Shown here: one piece after another, positions 25,051 to 37,100 of the stretch
Numbering within the stretch: the stretch's first letter is position 1
Layout: each line of letters opens with the position of its first letter
Source of the DNA: Pelomyxa schiedti
Taxonomy: Eukaryota > Protista > Evosea
Reading direction: 5' to 3'
Length of the DNA: 64,000 nt
Assembly: GCA_020536535.1 (NCBI GenBank)
Contig: JAHLWZ010000822.1
Coordinates: 1 to 64,000 of the forward strand
Translations under genes and position numbers: made by a program
The notes under the pieces: model-generated
Seen by the model: only the letters and a program-made list of their open reading frames with translations
Told to the model about the DNA's origin: nothing
The model's database searches: none

Positions 25051-26815
25051 TCAACACAAGGCACGTGCGAACTGCACCATGTCATCGAGGAGGCTGAGGG
25101 GTGACATTCCTCTTTTCGCGCTTCCTTCTGAATCTGATGACACGGCGGAGGTGTGAACTTGGCAACTATTGGTGACTGCAGAATCAGCAGAAGCAGAATT
25201 TACATCCACAAGGAGATTGAAGAGCCTCAGAAACTTAGTGTAGAGCACAGCACCGCTCACGTCGATGGAAGTTACGCCCTTGGATGCAAAGAAAGCCCCT
25301 GCACCGCACACGTGCTTCTCGAGATCACTGGGCTCTGAATCTGCCGGCAAATTGGCCTCCAGGTATTTTTCCAAAAAGTAACTGAACTGCTGGGGTGTCT
25401 GGAAGAGCTTCTCTAGAGGAAGCCAGTGTGCTCTGTAGATTGCTTCTTGTTCCTATTGTTTTTGAGGGAGAATGGGTGTGGTTTGACTGAAGTCTTGGAA
25501 TTAAAGGTTTTGCAGCAACCTCGGAATTCCTGGTGATGTAGTAGGAAAATATTAGGTTCCGTATCAGGTCCGTGGCTTCGAAACGGATTCCAGGAGCGGG
25601 ATTGAAAAGGAGAGCACCCATGGACAGTAGTGATCTCTCTTGAAGCCATAGAAATACCTTTGAAATTGCTTGTTACTATTGGCCGCTCACAAAGTCCACC
25701 GAGAAGTTTACCTGGCACAGGTTTAGGTTTGGGGTTAGTACTTCATTGAACATTGCTGTCATATCGTATAGAGTGGAGTGAACGGCGCGAAGCAGTGCAG
25801 CTCCATCAAGTTGTGAAACTTGTTGGTCAAAGTACGTTCTGGCTCGTGTAAGGAAGGCCCCATTAGAAACTGAACAAGATGGGTTGGCAGTAATGGACAA
25901 ATTCGGTGTTAGACCCGAGTGTTTGGGCATAATCAATTTGGGTGGTGCTACAGGTACAATTTGGCGGTGGCACAGTAGTGAGTAGTATTCCGTTCTATCG
26001 GGAAAGCTCGGTGTCAACCTCGAGCAGTCAAGCACATCCCCATCACGTAATCCAGAAACAATGGAACCGAGCTCCTCACAGCTTATTTTCGTGTTGAGAA
26101 GAACATCAGACTGAAGGGAACTAGCGGCAGATAGACAAGCATCCACAAGAGAAGCTGGCGGGGGAGATGGAGATATCGACGCCCGACTTGAAGAATTGAC
26201 CCAACAGATAAGGGCATCTCGCAGAGAAGCGCACAGAAGCATGGCTGTAGTGAGCCTCTGCTGGCCATCAATGACAAGCATAAGCTCCTTGCTTGGAGTT
26301 TCGCTGGGAGAATCGCCTTCAGTCGGTACTTGTGGGATCCTCCTGAACACGCAAATGCCGGTCCGGTGGGTGTTGTCAGAGTCTCGAGCTCCATCTTTGT
26401 AATAAATAGCCCGCCACCATCTCTAATTGACAAAGTAAAGTCTGAATGCCAGTTTCACTATTCCCCTTAGACACTATTCAATTCACCAACCCATAATAAT
26501 AGGAAGGTCAACAGGGTATTAAACCCCGGACCGACACACAGCGCAGCACCAGTAGTTGCTACATACATCTAGAAGCACCCCCTCCCAGCAGTATCTGCGC
26601 TGCATTATGGGAATGACGAATCTACTGGACCGAGAAAACAGCTCAGCGTAGGTCACTTTGCTGACTTCGCAGCGGCTGCCAGGGTCGTGCAGGCCGGGGC
26701 ATAGAAACGAAAAGTGTTGCACCGACGGAGCAGTTGCATTGGCATTTTGGGCCACCTGTTGTTGCAGTTGCTCTTGTTGCGTCGTCGACGTCGCTTGAGG
26801 TGTCAAAGCTGCCAT
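25051..26815 (-). CDS. DUF262 (GmrSD/SspE N-terminal, ParB/Srx-like NTPase) domain protein with no C-terminal HNH/DUF1524
   Basis: Motifs FVIPIMQRRYCWE, HRTGICVF, LMLVIDGQQRLTT and PGIRFEATDLIRNLIF. At least three GT-AG introns. Confidence 0.85.
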
Positions 26816-26964
26816 TCCCAATTTTGTTTCGATCTTTGATGATTAGGAGAAAAAAGAAGCCTTTGAGTACTACAGGTAATAAATATTGTTTGCTAGTTGG
26901 AGGGTGCTTTTTGCCTGACATTGGGAGGATATGTGCAGTATTAATATTACATGGTGCATGTGGA

Positions 26965-28083
26965 TCAATTGCCCCCACAAGGGCAACCACTCTTTTTCTT
27001 CTCCTCAGTTGTTGGAGAGAGAATTAGAGTGTTGTCGGGTGGAACAACTGGGATAAGGTCAATTGTGCGCTCTTTGATATCTTTGGCTATTGTAGCGAAT
27101 GCTACTTCAACATTGATAGAGTTCTTGGCTGAGGTCTGAAGCAAAAGGTTATCCCCGACAAGTAAAAGGTGCTAACCTCAAAAAATTTGATTCTCAAGTC
27201 ATCAGCTAGAGCTTTTCCACGTTCATATTCAATGACCCTCTTGTCATTGACATCACACTTGTTTCCAATCAATATTTTACTGACATCCTCCGCGGCGTGT
27301 GTGTCGACATTACGCATCCAGTTGTGTATGTCTAATGACAAGTCATTTTTGAATGAAAGTACCATTTGCACACTTGAGAAAGACTTGTTGTCTGTAACAT
27401 CATACACTAGTAGAATTCCCATTGCTCCGCGGTAACTAAAGGGTGATTTGTGTTGGGAGCTTTTATTTATTTTTCGTTGTCAGCACATACTATGCTGTTG
27501 TTATGGTTCGAAATCTGAACTTGTTAGGTTTTTAACACGAAAAAAATAACAGCAACCTTTCTTGACCAGCTGTGTCCTGCACGCATAAAGGAAGAGCAGA
27601 GCAACAAAAAAAAGGACGAATATTACAAAAGATAAAGAAAAGGAGAGTTGAAAAGAATGGTAATGTTAGTGAAAGTCATATTGATACTGAGTTGTTACTT
27701 ACCCAAATCTGCAGTTTTATTCTCTTCCCGTCAATGTCAATAGTGCGTATTTTAAAATCAATCCTAAAAAAAACCCTTGATTTAGCGACATGGTAAAAAG
27801 TAAAAAAAAATGTGACACAAACCCAATTGTAGTGATGAAGCTCGGTGTGAACGAGTCTTCAGCGAACCTCAACAGCAAACAACTTTTACCAACACCTGTG
27901 AATCAAACCCCCCAAGAAAACAAAAGTAAGCCATTCACTCTCCTCCCCAATAAGTCACATTCTCACAAGAATCGCGAATAGAAGCACGCACGTACCGCTG
28001 TCACCAATTAGCAACAGCTTGATCAAGTAGTCAAATTGGCCCTTGTTTGGGGTGCTTGTGCTCGCCGGTGATGACGACGCCAT
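26965..28083 (-). CDS. RAB8: Rab8/Sec4-family small GTPase
   Basis: [65 protein letters not shown]. Seven GT-AG introns including 20- and 24-nt micro-exons. Ends SGCPCGGN*. Confidence 0.95.
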
Positions 28084-28355
28084 GTTTCTTTCCTCACGCT
28101 GACACCCTTTGACCCGTGTGTTTGGTGATCGCCAAATCTGTTCGGCCGAATTGATCCACTGGCACTCAATCTCACAGCTCCCGGACCCCGGCTTCCTCCT
28201 CACAGAACAGAAGGGAGATGCGATATCACCAGGAAATTAGTGACCATCGATTTTATGCACAAGACGGCCGAACCGAACGGACGAGCCTTTCGTTTCGTGC
28301 AGAAACACACAACCAAACACTAATTAAAAGTTCCACAGTTACAGCCAGACAGACC

Positions 28356-31038
28356 ATGTCACATCATACCCACCATCAGGCGCACAGCGCGGCGGCGGTC
28401 GACAACGCGGCGCTGGAGGCGGCTGTTGCGGTGCTGGATATAGCGAGCGGAGGGGGAGGTGGGGGAGGGTCCGGCAAGGGCCGGCCGTTCAGGTCCGGGC
28501 TGTTCGACTCGGCGTCGACGATAATGGTGCACAACACGGCGTCGGTGGCGGCCGGGCCCGACGACGCCACCCGCGAGGTGTTTGTGAGCGGGCCAGGCGG
28601 GTGCGGCGCCCAGCTTATGGGAGGGTTTGGGCCCTGCTCCCATTTCGTGCTACAAGTGACTACCATTTCTGGCCATGATCTCGTTCCTAGGGATAGGAAT
28701 GGGAAGAGGTCCGTGCCTTCGGTTTTTTTTTTTTTTTTTTTTTTTGAAAATTTTGGAACGTGGACTGCGTACTAACGAATTTTTGTTGCAGTGATCCATA
28801 TGTTACATTGAAAATGGACTCTGAGCAGTTTGGCCAGTCGCACGTTATCTCTAGGACTCTGAATCCTACTTGGAATGAATCTTTCTTTGCCTACTACTTG
28901 CCTTGCAGTAAGAGGAACCTTTTGGTTGTAGAGGTTTGGGATCACGATCTGGGAGCATCTGATTATATGGGTAAAGCCGTAATCAGAGTAACGGTACAGT
29001 TCGGTGCACCTTTCCTAATACTAACACCTATCCTGTAAAGGGGTTAGTACCAGGTGTCCCCCATATTAAAGACTTTACACTGTACCCCGGGAACTCCCCT
29101 GACATTGTTTCGGGGACCATTAAATTGTCTATAACCGCGCACCCTTGTGTCGCTGGTCACTTTCTCTGTCCGTTTTTAAGCAGAAAAAATAACTGGAAAA
29201 AACAGGTCCTGTGGAATATAAAACAGGAAAGGTTTGGAAACAGTTCTTCTCAGTTACTTGTTCCCAATCCCATGCGTTATTCCAAGTATGCCCCTGTGAT
29301 ATACTGGTGAATCAGGAATGGCCTTAATTTTGTTCAGGAAGAACCTCACGTCCTTGTCCCACCAGCAAAAATCATACCATTCACTCCAAACACTGTGCTT
29401 ATACCAGATAAGCCTGAACTCACAGCCTTCACCATCAGTGGAGAAGGCATTGACCATGCCTTTCGACCAGTGAACTGTATGCTCCACTGTACATACCAAT
29501 AACCTTTAAGTACCTGGAAGTTGGGTTATGGGAATCTGCTACAAGGTTATATGTGAAAGTGGCTGATGAATGCCAGTTTTTTGGATTAAGCCTTGAAAAA
29601 CTCATGGAATTGCAAAAGCAAAAAGGGATCAACCACCCAATCCCTATTTTTGTAACCGAAATGCTTAGTTCGTCCCCTCTTTAAGGATCTCACTAATTAT
29701 TCCAGATGTACTACTTAAACGTGGAGTAACTACTGAATTTATTTTACGTGAAAGTGTTACTAATAATGAGCTGTCACTTGCCAAACAATCACTGACTATC
29801 GGGAAGCCGTGCGAATTGCATTTTGCGATTATTTAATTAATGTTTACCTGCCAGTATATCAGTAGATTCTCCACATGTAATAGCCAACTTATTGAAACAC
29901 TGGGTCAGGAAGCTTCCTGAACCACTTCTTACTTACGCCCTGTATGAGGAGTTCCTCGCTGTTGTTGGTTCTCCTTCTTCAATTTGACTCCTTTATAATT
30001 TTCCCCTTTTTCCCCCCTAGATGATAGTGACCACAGTGCTGTATTCAATAAACTCAAATCTGTACTGGGTTCTCTACCACGCATAAACTTTGATATCCTG
30101 ATGGGATTACTGGGACTCTTCCACGAGGTCGCAAAGCACCACACCGAAAACCACATGACTGCAGCCAATGTATCAATTGTATTTTCCCCAAATATCATGG
30201 TTCATAAAGACAGGTTTTGGAAAGCCATGCTCACGCTTGTACTAACGTTGCGTAGATCACCACCAAGAAGTGCTAAAGACATCGTGGCAATAACTACTCT
30301 GGGGGAAGTGCTTATCTTAAACTTTCCAGTTCTGGCCAAACTCCATGGAGAGACACCCAATCACTCTACTAGTTTGGCTACTGAGATTGCTGAACTTGCT
30401 GCTCGCTCAACAGCTGCTGCGGTAGCAGAGTATTCAGTTAACGCAGTGTCCTCAACCCTCTCACATCCTGTGACAACCCCTTCAACTGGAAAGGCGGCTT
30501 CCACTTCTCCAGGGCGGAGTCCACTGAAAAACATGCAATTCACCCCGCCACCCCCAACACATTACGTTACTACTAATCTGCTTGTGTCACCGACAATGAG
30601 ATTCGGCGCTTCTCGTAAAGTTTTGACCCTTCCTCCTGTGCATAGCGTTGATTCTACTTCTGTCTCGTCTCCATCGGAATCAGTGGCCAGAGCAACTCAG
30701 CTTTTCAAGTAACACACCGCATTCCCGCCTTCCATTTCCTTACATAAACCCAAAAGCTTCTATGATGCCGATCACAACCAAACCCTTGACATTGACGAGT
30801 ATGAGCCCCTCTTCCGCCCTCCAACCTTTGCACTGTAACAACATCCACCCACAGGTTCTCTCAGTTTGTACAAGGGATGCTCGCCAGGATGGGCACCAAG
30901 ATATCACACACCGAAGTTGTTCAAGCTGTTCAGCTTGTTCAAGGTGACCGCATCACTCTCACGGAATTCATCAATTGGTTTGAACAAGTGAGCGCCGTGA
31001 TAGACAGGCCCCCTTCTCCCCCCCCTCATGAATCCTGA
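28356..31038 (+). CDS. C2 domain - RhoGAP - EF-hand pair protein
   Basis: C2 (HDLVPRDRNGKSDPYV..TLNPTWNE..VWDHD..DYMG), RhoGAP (EFILRES, ANLLKHWVRKLPEPL, NHMTAANVSIVFSPNI), and terminal EF-hands FYDADHNQTLDIDEF and ITLTEFINWF. Confidence 0.85.
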
Positions 31039-31478
31039 TTCACGATTCACGATTCGCGTGTGAGAGGTTCACGCCATAATCAACTGATAAAACTAACACC
31101 CACCGGTCGGAATTTCAAAAAACCCGAAAATATGCAGTGACAAAGGTGCAGTGTTCTCGTTGAAATTTCGCCCAATGCGCCGCACGAACAGTGGAAAGGC
31201 GGATTGAGGAAAGATCCAAGCCGAACAGCTTTCGTTGATTCGGAATTCCACACACACTTGATGCACGAAAGTCTCCGTTCGCGAAAGTGAACATCTCGCT
31301 GGTTTTGTCATTGATTTCAGCCGAGAAACGGCCTTGATAAAAGATCGGGTGGACGAAAACTGCGGATTTAAAAAGAGCCACGCGTTTTTGTTACAACACT
31401 TTTTTAACAAATCAACAATAAAAAGAACACTCAGGACACCTAGACAACAACAAACGACGACAACAACAAACATAACCA

Positions 31479-32708
31479 ATGCAACCAATCTGTGTTATTC
31501 CCCACAAACTGTGGATTGGAGATCTTCCGAGCGCCTGCAACTCTACGCTCCTACGACAGCACCGCATAACGCGACTTCTATGCGTCGACGCAAGGGCCGT
31601 AATGCCTTCTGTAGCGCGAGTCGGATTCGAGCACCTCGCGGTCTCCGTGTCGCACCTCGAGACCCCCGATCACACTCCTCAGGAGGAGATGATCGCTTCG
31701 CGGCTATTTGCGCTCGCGAGCCCCGTTTCGCAGACTATGATTGGGAACGCGCTCTCTGACGCTATGGACCAGAGCGGCGATAACTCGCCGTCTTTGATGA
31801 GCATGTCTACATCTGGCTCGGCGTCCGATTTGGATGATTCCAAGCCTCGCCCTTCAAGGCCGTCGGACTTGTTCAGCGTTTTGCCTGCTTGTTTCGACTT
31901 TATTGACCAGAAAGGCTCGGACGAGATAACTTTGATTCATTGCCTAACGTAAATTCCCGCCCAAAATTGTGAAGGAAACCCTAACCTTACTTTTAGTGGC
32001 AATGAACAATGTATCATCGTGGCAATGGCCTATCTGATGATAGCAATGCAACTTTCTCTTATTGGAGCTGCGCGGATCATGAAACAAAAGATCCCGTCTG
32101 CATCGCCACCTGCGGAGTACCTCTTCCAGCTTATTGAGATGGAAAAACTCTTCCGTCATCTGGAGAACCCCACAACGACCTTGAAGTCTCTTGTCACACT
32201 GTTCTACACTATAACACCAGCCAGCCGCTCAGTTGAGCAACTGACTGTACCCGCAGTAAACAATAGTCCCCATCCGACACATATCCAAGCAACCCCCATA
32301 AAAGATAGCCACCCAAAGATCAACCTGCCTGCAGTCATTCCCCCACATAACTCTCGGACTGTGGTCCCCGCAGCCGGGCATTACCCTCTTTCCGGCCTGC
32401 ATAAAGCCACACCCAAGCACATTCCCACAAATGAAGCGAACTGCCATGTCAGTCTACCGAAATACCTAACCCCACCAGAACCTAAAACAACACTTCACTC
32501 ATCATTCCCAACACACTTGCCCTCCCACCTCCAGCCACCCAAAACCAGTTCAAATCACACATCCTTCCCTATGCCTCGATCCTACGGGCAAACTCATACC
32601 TCCCGCACCCCCGCTCTTCATCATTCTATGAACAGAGAAAAGAAACACCACACTAACGCAATAAACCTACCCCCAATAGTCAGAGCCGTTGCCCACACAA
32701 TGGCCTAG
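31479..32708 (+). CDS. Dual-specificity phosphatase-fold protein, probable pseudophosphatase
   Basis: IPHKLWIGDL..LLRQHRITRLLCV and CFDFID..TLIHC. After splicing (31949-31996) the P-loop reads HCLTGNEQC, followed by AMAYLM and YLFQLIEME. Confidence 0.82.
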
Positions 32709-32811
32709 AGTGTTTGTAGAGATAGCCGGCACTATTGTATTGTCTGTAACATAGGACAAAAGTTTTGAGTTTTTTGAATTCAATACAAGTTCAAACTTCC
32801 CAACATTTTTT

Positions 32812-33750
32812 TTATTGCTTTTCTGTGTAGTAAGTGGTAACATCAATTCCGTGGACTGAGATATCATTTGGAGCCCAAGTCATAGGGAAATGTATGTTGT
32901 TTGGCTGGTACCGGTGTGTGGCTGTAAACACACCGTGTTCATATCCTGGAATGGCATACTGTACAGGATAAGGATACCACCAAGTACTGTTGATGGAGTT
33001 GGATCCGGGTTCAACAAAAGACCATGAGTTATTGAACCAAATTTCAACCCAGTCATGGTTTCCACCACTGCAAATAAGGTTAGAAGCATGTTGGGCTTCA
33101 GTGAAAGGGAATGAAACTTACTCGGCAGTATTCCAGCAGGGCGTTCCAGTCATTCTGGAAGGCACTCCAACTGCCCTCAATGCATCAACAAGCATTATAG
33201 CCCAGCCGGTGCAAGAAGCATATCCATATGACATTGTCTCAAATGGGGACATAACATCAGGGGTGCTGTTGGACTGGAAGATAATCCCCCACATTGTCCA
33301 AATCTCGGAGTTTATAGTATAAAAGGCATCGGTGATTGAGGTGGCTTTCTCCACCAATGGCATGAGAAGTTTATAAAACAGAGGGCGCCAATTATCTCTA
33401 GGTTCATCGACAACAGCATAGGGCAGAACCCATTCAGTGAAAATATCCCAAGGTACTTCCGATGCCCAATCCTGGCCAAAATGTTACGTCCGTTTCCAAC
33501 CTCAACCCAATTTCACTCAATTCACGTATTGCTTTAAAGTAATAGTAGAGATACAGATGAATAGCGTGCTGACAAAGCGTAGTTTATCGTGCTATTGATG
33601 TATGAAGGTATCAGGGTGTAGTAGTCACGGGCTGGTGCATTCTGCATCAAAAAGTCAAAACACCTGCCAAATTTACGCCTTTTAGTGCACAGTTATTATG
33701 GGTTTGTTGGGTGAAGTAGCCTCACTTGGAGAAGTCGTCGTCAGCATGGG
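32812..33750 (-). CDS. Bacterial-type transglutaminase-like protein; 5' end uncertain, possibly up to ~34050
   Basis: PWDIFTEWVLPYAVVDEPRDNWRP, catalytic Cys in ASCTGWAIMLVDALRAVGVPSRMTGTPCW, NHDWVEIW, and C-terminal FPMTWAPNDISVHGIDVTTYY. Confidence 0.8.
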
Positions 33751-34116
33751 AGCCTGCACAGAACAAACAATAAACAAGAATCAACCCACACCACAAACGC
33801 ATTTTCGGTTTTTTCACCCTTCTAAGGGAATTCTGATGAGGAGAAAAATGAGGGAGATTGAGGTTCTCTCTGGATGGGAAATTGGATTCTCCAAAACTTA
33901 GAATGGAGATCCAGGCCCGGAGATTGCTATCAGCACACTAATCTAAGGAATACTGGGAGCAAGAACCCACTACCCTAACTATGTGTGACAAACACACTTC
34001 AAAAATCTCAGTGACCCTTGGCCACCCCATACCTCTGAACCAAGTTATGGGTCATTCCATATTTCCACTCCTGATACGATTCGTAACGCACCAACCGACT
34101 TTCGATTCAACCCACA

Positions 34117-37100
34117 ATGAGCCTACCCACACACCTCTACGTGAGTGGTATATGGACAGGCTGCGCACTCCCCGCCGCAACTGCACCTGGAGGAGGTGAC
34201 GGCTCGCAAACACTGCCTGCATTATGGGAGGACGAGGAGCACTTACGGTGGGCGTTGTGCCTCACCGCAAACGATAAGGCGTATCCCTCGGCGTGGGGGT
34301 ATTATTGCCGAAACGGCGTGAGTGGGAGTGCGAGGGAGCGTGGTGTGGTTTTACATGGTGAGTGGGAGGGTAAATCAAAGGCTCTGGTGCTCAACGAACT
34401 TATGGGTATTTTTTATTTTTTTTTTTTTTTTTACATTTTTAAAAATGCTATATTATGTTGGACTGAATGAATTAAGCGAATGGGGAAACTGGGGAGACAA
34501 GGAAATATTTCTGCACTGCTCAGCTGTCTGGAGGAAATTTAGTTCTATCTGGCACCTGGACACTGAGTAGTGACCCTACCAAGTGCGGAACAGTGGTTTT
34601 AGCACTGGAGCCTGATGACAAAGAGTATCTCCCCTTTTCTTCCCCGAGACAAATTCTAATTGTTTTCAAGTATACATGTCTCGGGTCTTTGGTTGGGCCA
34701 ATCTGAGCCTCGTGACGATCTCGTCAACTTAATCCCAACAAATCCTATCTCGTGGTGCCTGTCACTGCTATTAGATGGGGGTCAAGCATTTGGTGCAGGC
34801 TATTTTGATGATTCTGCTGATGTACCAAATAACCCCCTCTTACTGTACTCATTACGGGGAAACTTCGATGTTAAAACTGGGGCTATTCATTTGAGAAAGG
34901 TTTTTTTTTTTTTTCACCTTTTCATTTCCATTACCCACGCAATCAGGTCTATGAGGGTTCTGCTGGCGAGGCGGAATACTATGTTGACTACAATGGCGTT
35001 TTGAGGAATGATGACGATGGATGGTGGCTTAGAGGCACCTGGGAAAATCCCAAAGCATGCACTAGTGGCACCTTTGTGTGCAGGAAACAGAATGACCAAG
35101 GCTGGGTCAGTTTCCGTTACTTATGTCGAATTTGTGTGGTAAACTCTCTGTCACTTATACTTTGGGTTCACAATTGTCTCAGCAACCTATTAAACCTGGG
35201 GGCACAAGGTGGTTTTGCACATTGTGTTTGTGGAATTGTTGTGATAATTGCTATCACAACCGTACAGAGCTAAATCAGCCTCCGCATTGCCATTCTCTTC
35301 TAGCCGAGCCAGTTTATGTTGAGGAAAGTGCAGTAGGTTCATGTTGTAGCGAGATGATTGCCGATAGCTTGGAAAGATTTGCCCCAAGACCTTTTCTTGG
35401 CTGGAGACGTGAGAATGAAATAGACTTCACTTGGATGACATATCAGGAGGTCACAGCTACTCAGACTTGAAACCAGTATTCATTTTTCTAGGTTTCTCTA
35501 AACGCTTGGAACTTTGCTGCAGCATTGAAGGCTAAAAGTATTCCACAGAGATCTTGCATTCTTTTTTATGCTGATATTCATATGCATTATGTTATTGCCC
35601 TTCTTGGTTCTCTTCTCTACAGTCTCATTGTTGTGCCTGTACATTCAGCACTTGAGCCTGAAGCCTTAGCTAAAGTACTCCTGCGTGTAAAGCCAGAAAT
35701 TTGTGTTGTGGGCTCTGAGTATTTATCCAAGTTCGGCGAATCCTTAAAGACTTGTATCAGTGAATGGAAGAAACCCCTTGTTATTGGAATTCCATCCATC
35801 ACGCCTCAAGAAATTCGACCTGAAGTCTTACCATCCATCTCAATTTCCGACTTTCTTTCATTGAGTGGGTCAGCTATACGACCCGCCATTGTGCCCCTAG
35901 GTCCCCAAGATGTATCAGCAGTTCTATTTACCAGTGGAAGCACAGGTCAACCTAAAGGTGCTGCCTATACAGAACAGCTACTTCTTCCCTCAGGCGGAGA
36001 TACTGTCAGGCAACCTTTTGTCCGGGTGGACTTCCAGCCATTCCATCCCTCATTTTTAATGACTCTGCTGTTCACTCTTCATGTTGGAGGAAGGCGTGCT
36101 TTTGCTAGACTTGATTCTGTTCTAGCAGATATGCAAAGTGTGAGGCCAACACACATCAGTGCCCCTCCTGCTTTCTGGACAATGCTACACAGAAAATTTA
36201 TTTCAGAAGTTTCCAGTGGTATTGAACCAGAAACCGTGGCCACAACTCTCCGGGGTAACTTAGGTGGCCGAGTGATGGATGCCTCCACTGGTGGAGCTCC
36301 AACATCTTCTGAGGTTGTAAAGTTTGTTCATGAGTGGCTTCACCTTGACTTAGCTGACCTATATGGATGCCGTGAAGCTGGAGGCATTGCGCGCAACGGA
36401 TGTGCCCATCCAGGAGTTGATGTTATAGTTGTGCCTCTTCAAGAAGGGATGTCAGAAATTACTGGGAGTGATGCACAGCACGGGGAAATTTGTGTTCACT
36501 CCTCTAGAATGATCCCTGGGTACTACAATGACACTGACGCAACTGAAAAAGTTAATACCTTCTTCATATTTTTCCCCACTAATAATCATAGGCATTCATA
36601 TCTGTGAATGGGAAACGGTACTATCGTACTGGTGACGTGGGTGAGGTGTTTGTTAGTGACGGTGTGAAGCATGTTCGGATATTGGATCGTTGTGCCAACT
36701 ATTTCAAGCTTTCACAAGGTGAATGGGTTTCACCTGTACATGTAGAGGAGGCCCTCGAACAGAGCCCCCTAGTGAGCCAGTGCTGTGTCATTGGCTCCCG
36801 CACTCAACCATACCTCGTTGCTGTTGTTGTCCCCTCCCAATCTTTTACCAGATTCTGGTCTTCTCCCAGCAACATGGAGGAATGTGAAGCCGCAATGATG
36901 AAAGAAATTAGATTCTGGTGCTCTCATCTGCATCTCCGAGCTGTGGTGTGTTAGTTTTATTATGTGCAATGTCATTCATTACATTATTCCAAAGGAGTTC
37001 CCCCAGGGTGTAGTTCTTGAAAAAGACCCTTGGACTCCAGAGAATGGACTTCTCACATCAACAGAGAAAAAGTGCCGACCGAAGTTACTTTCACATTATC

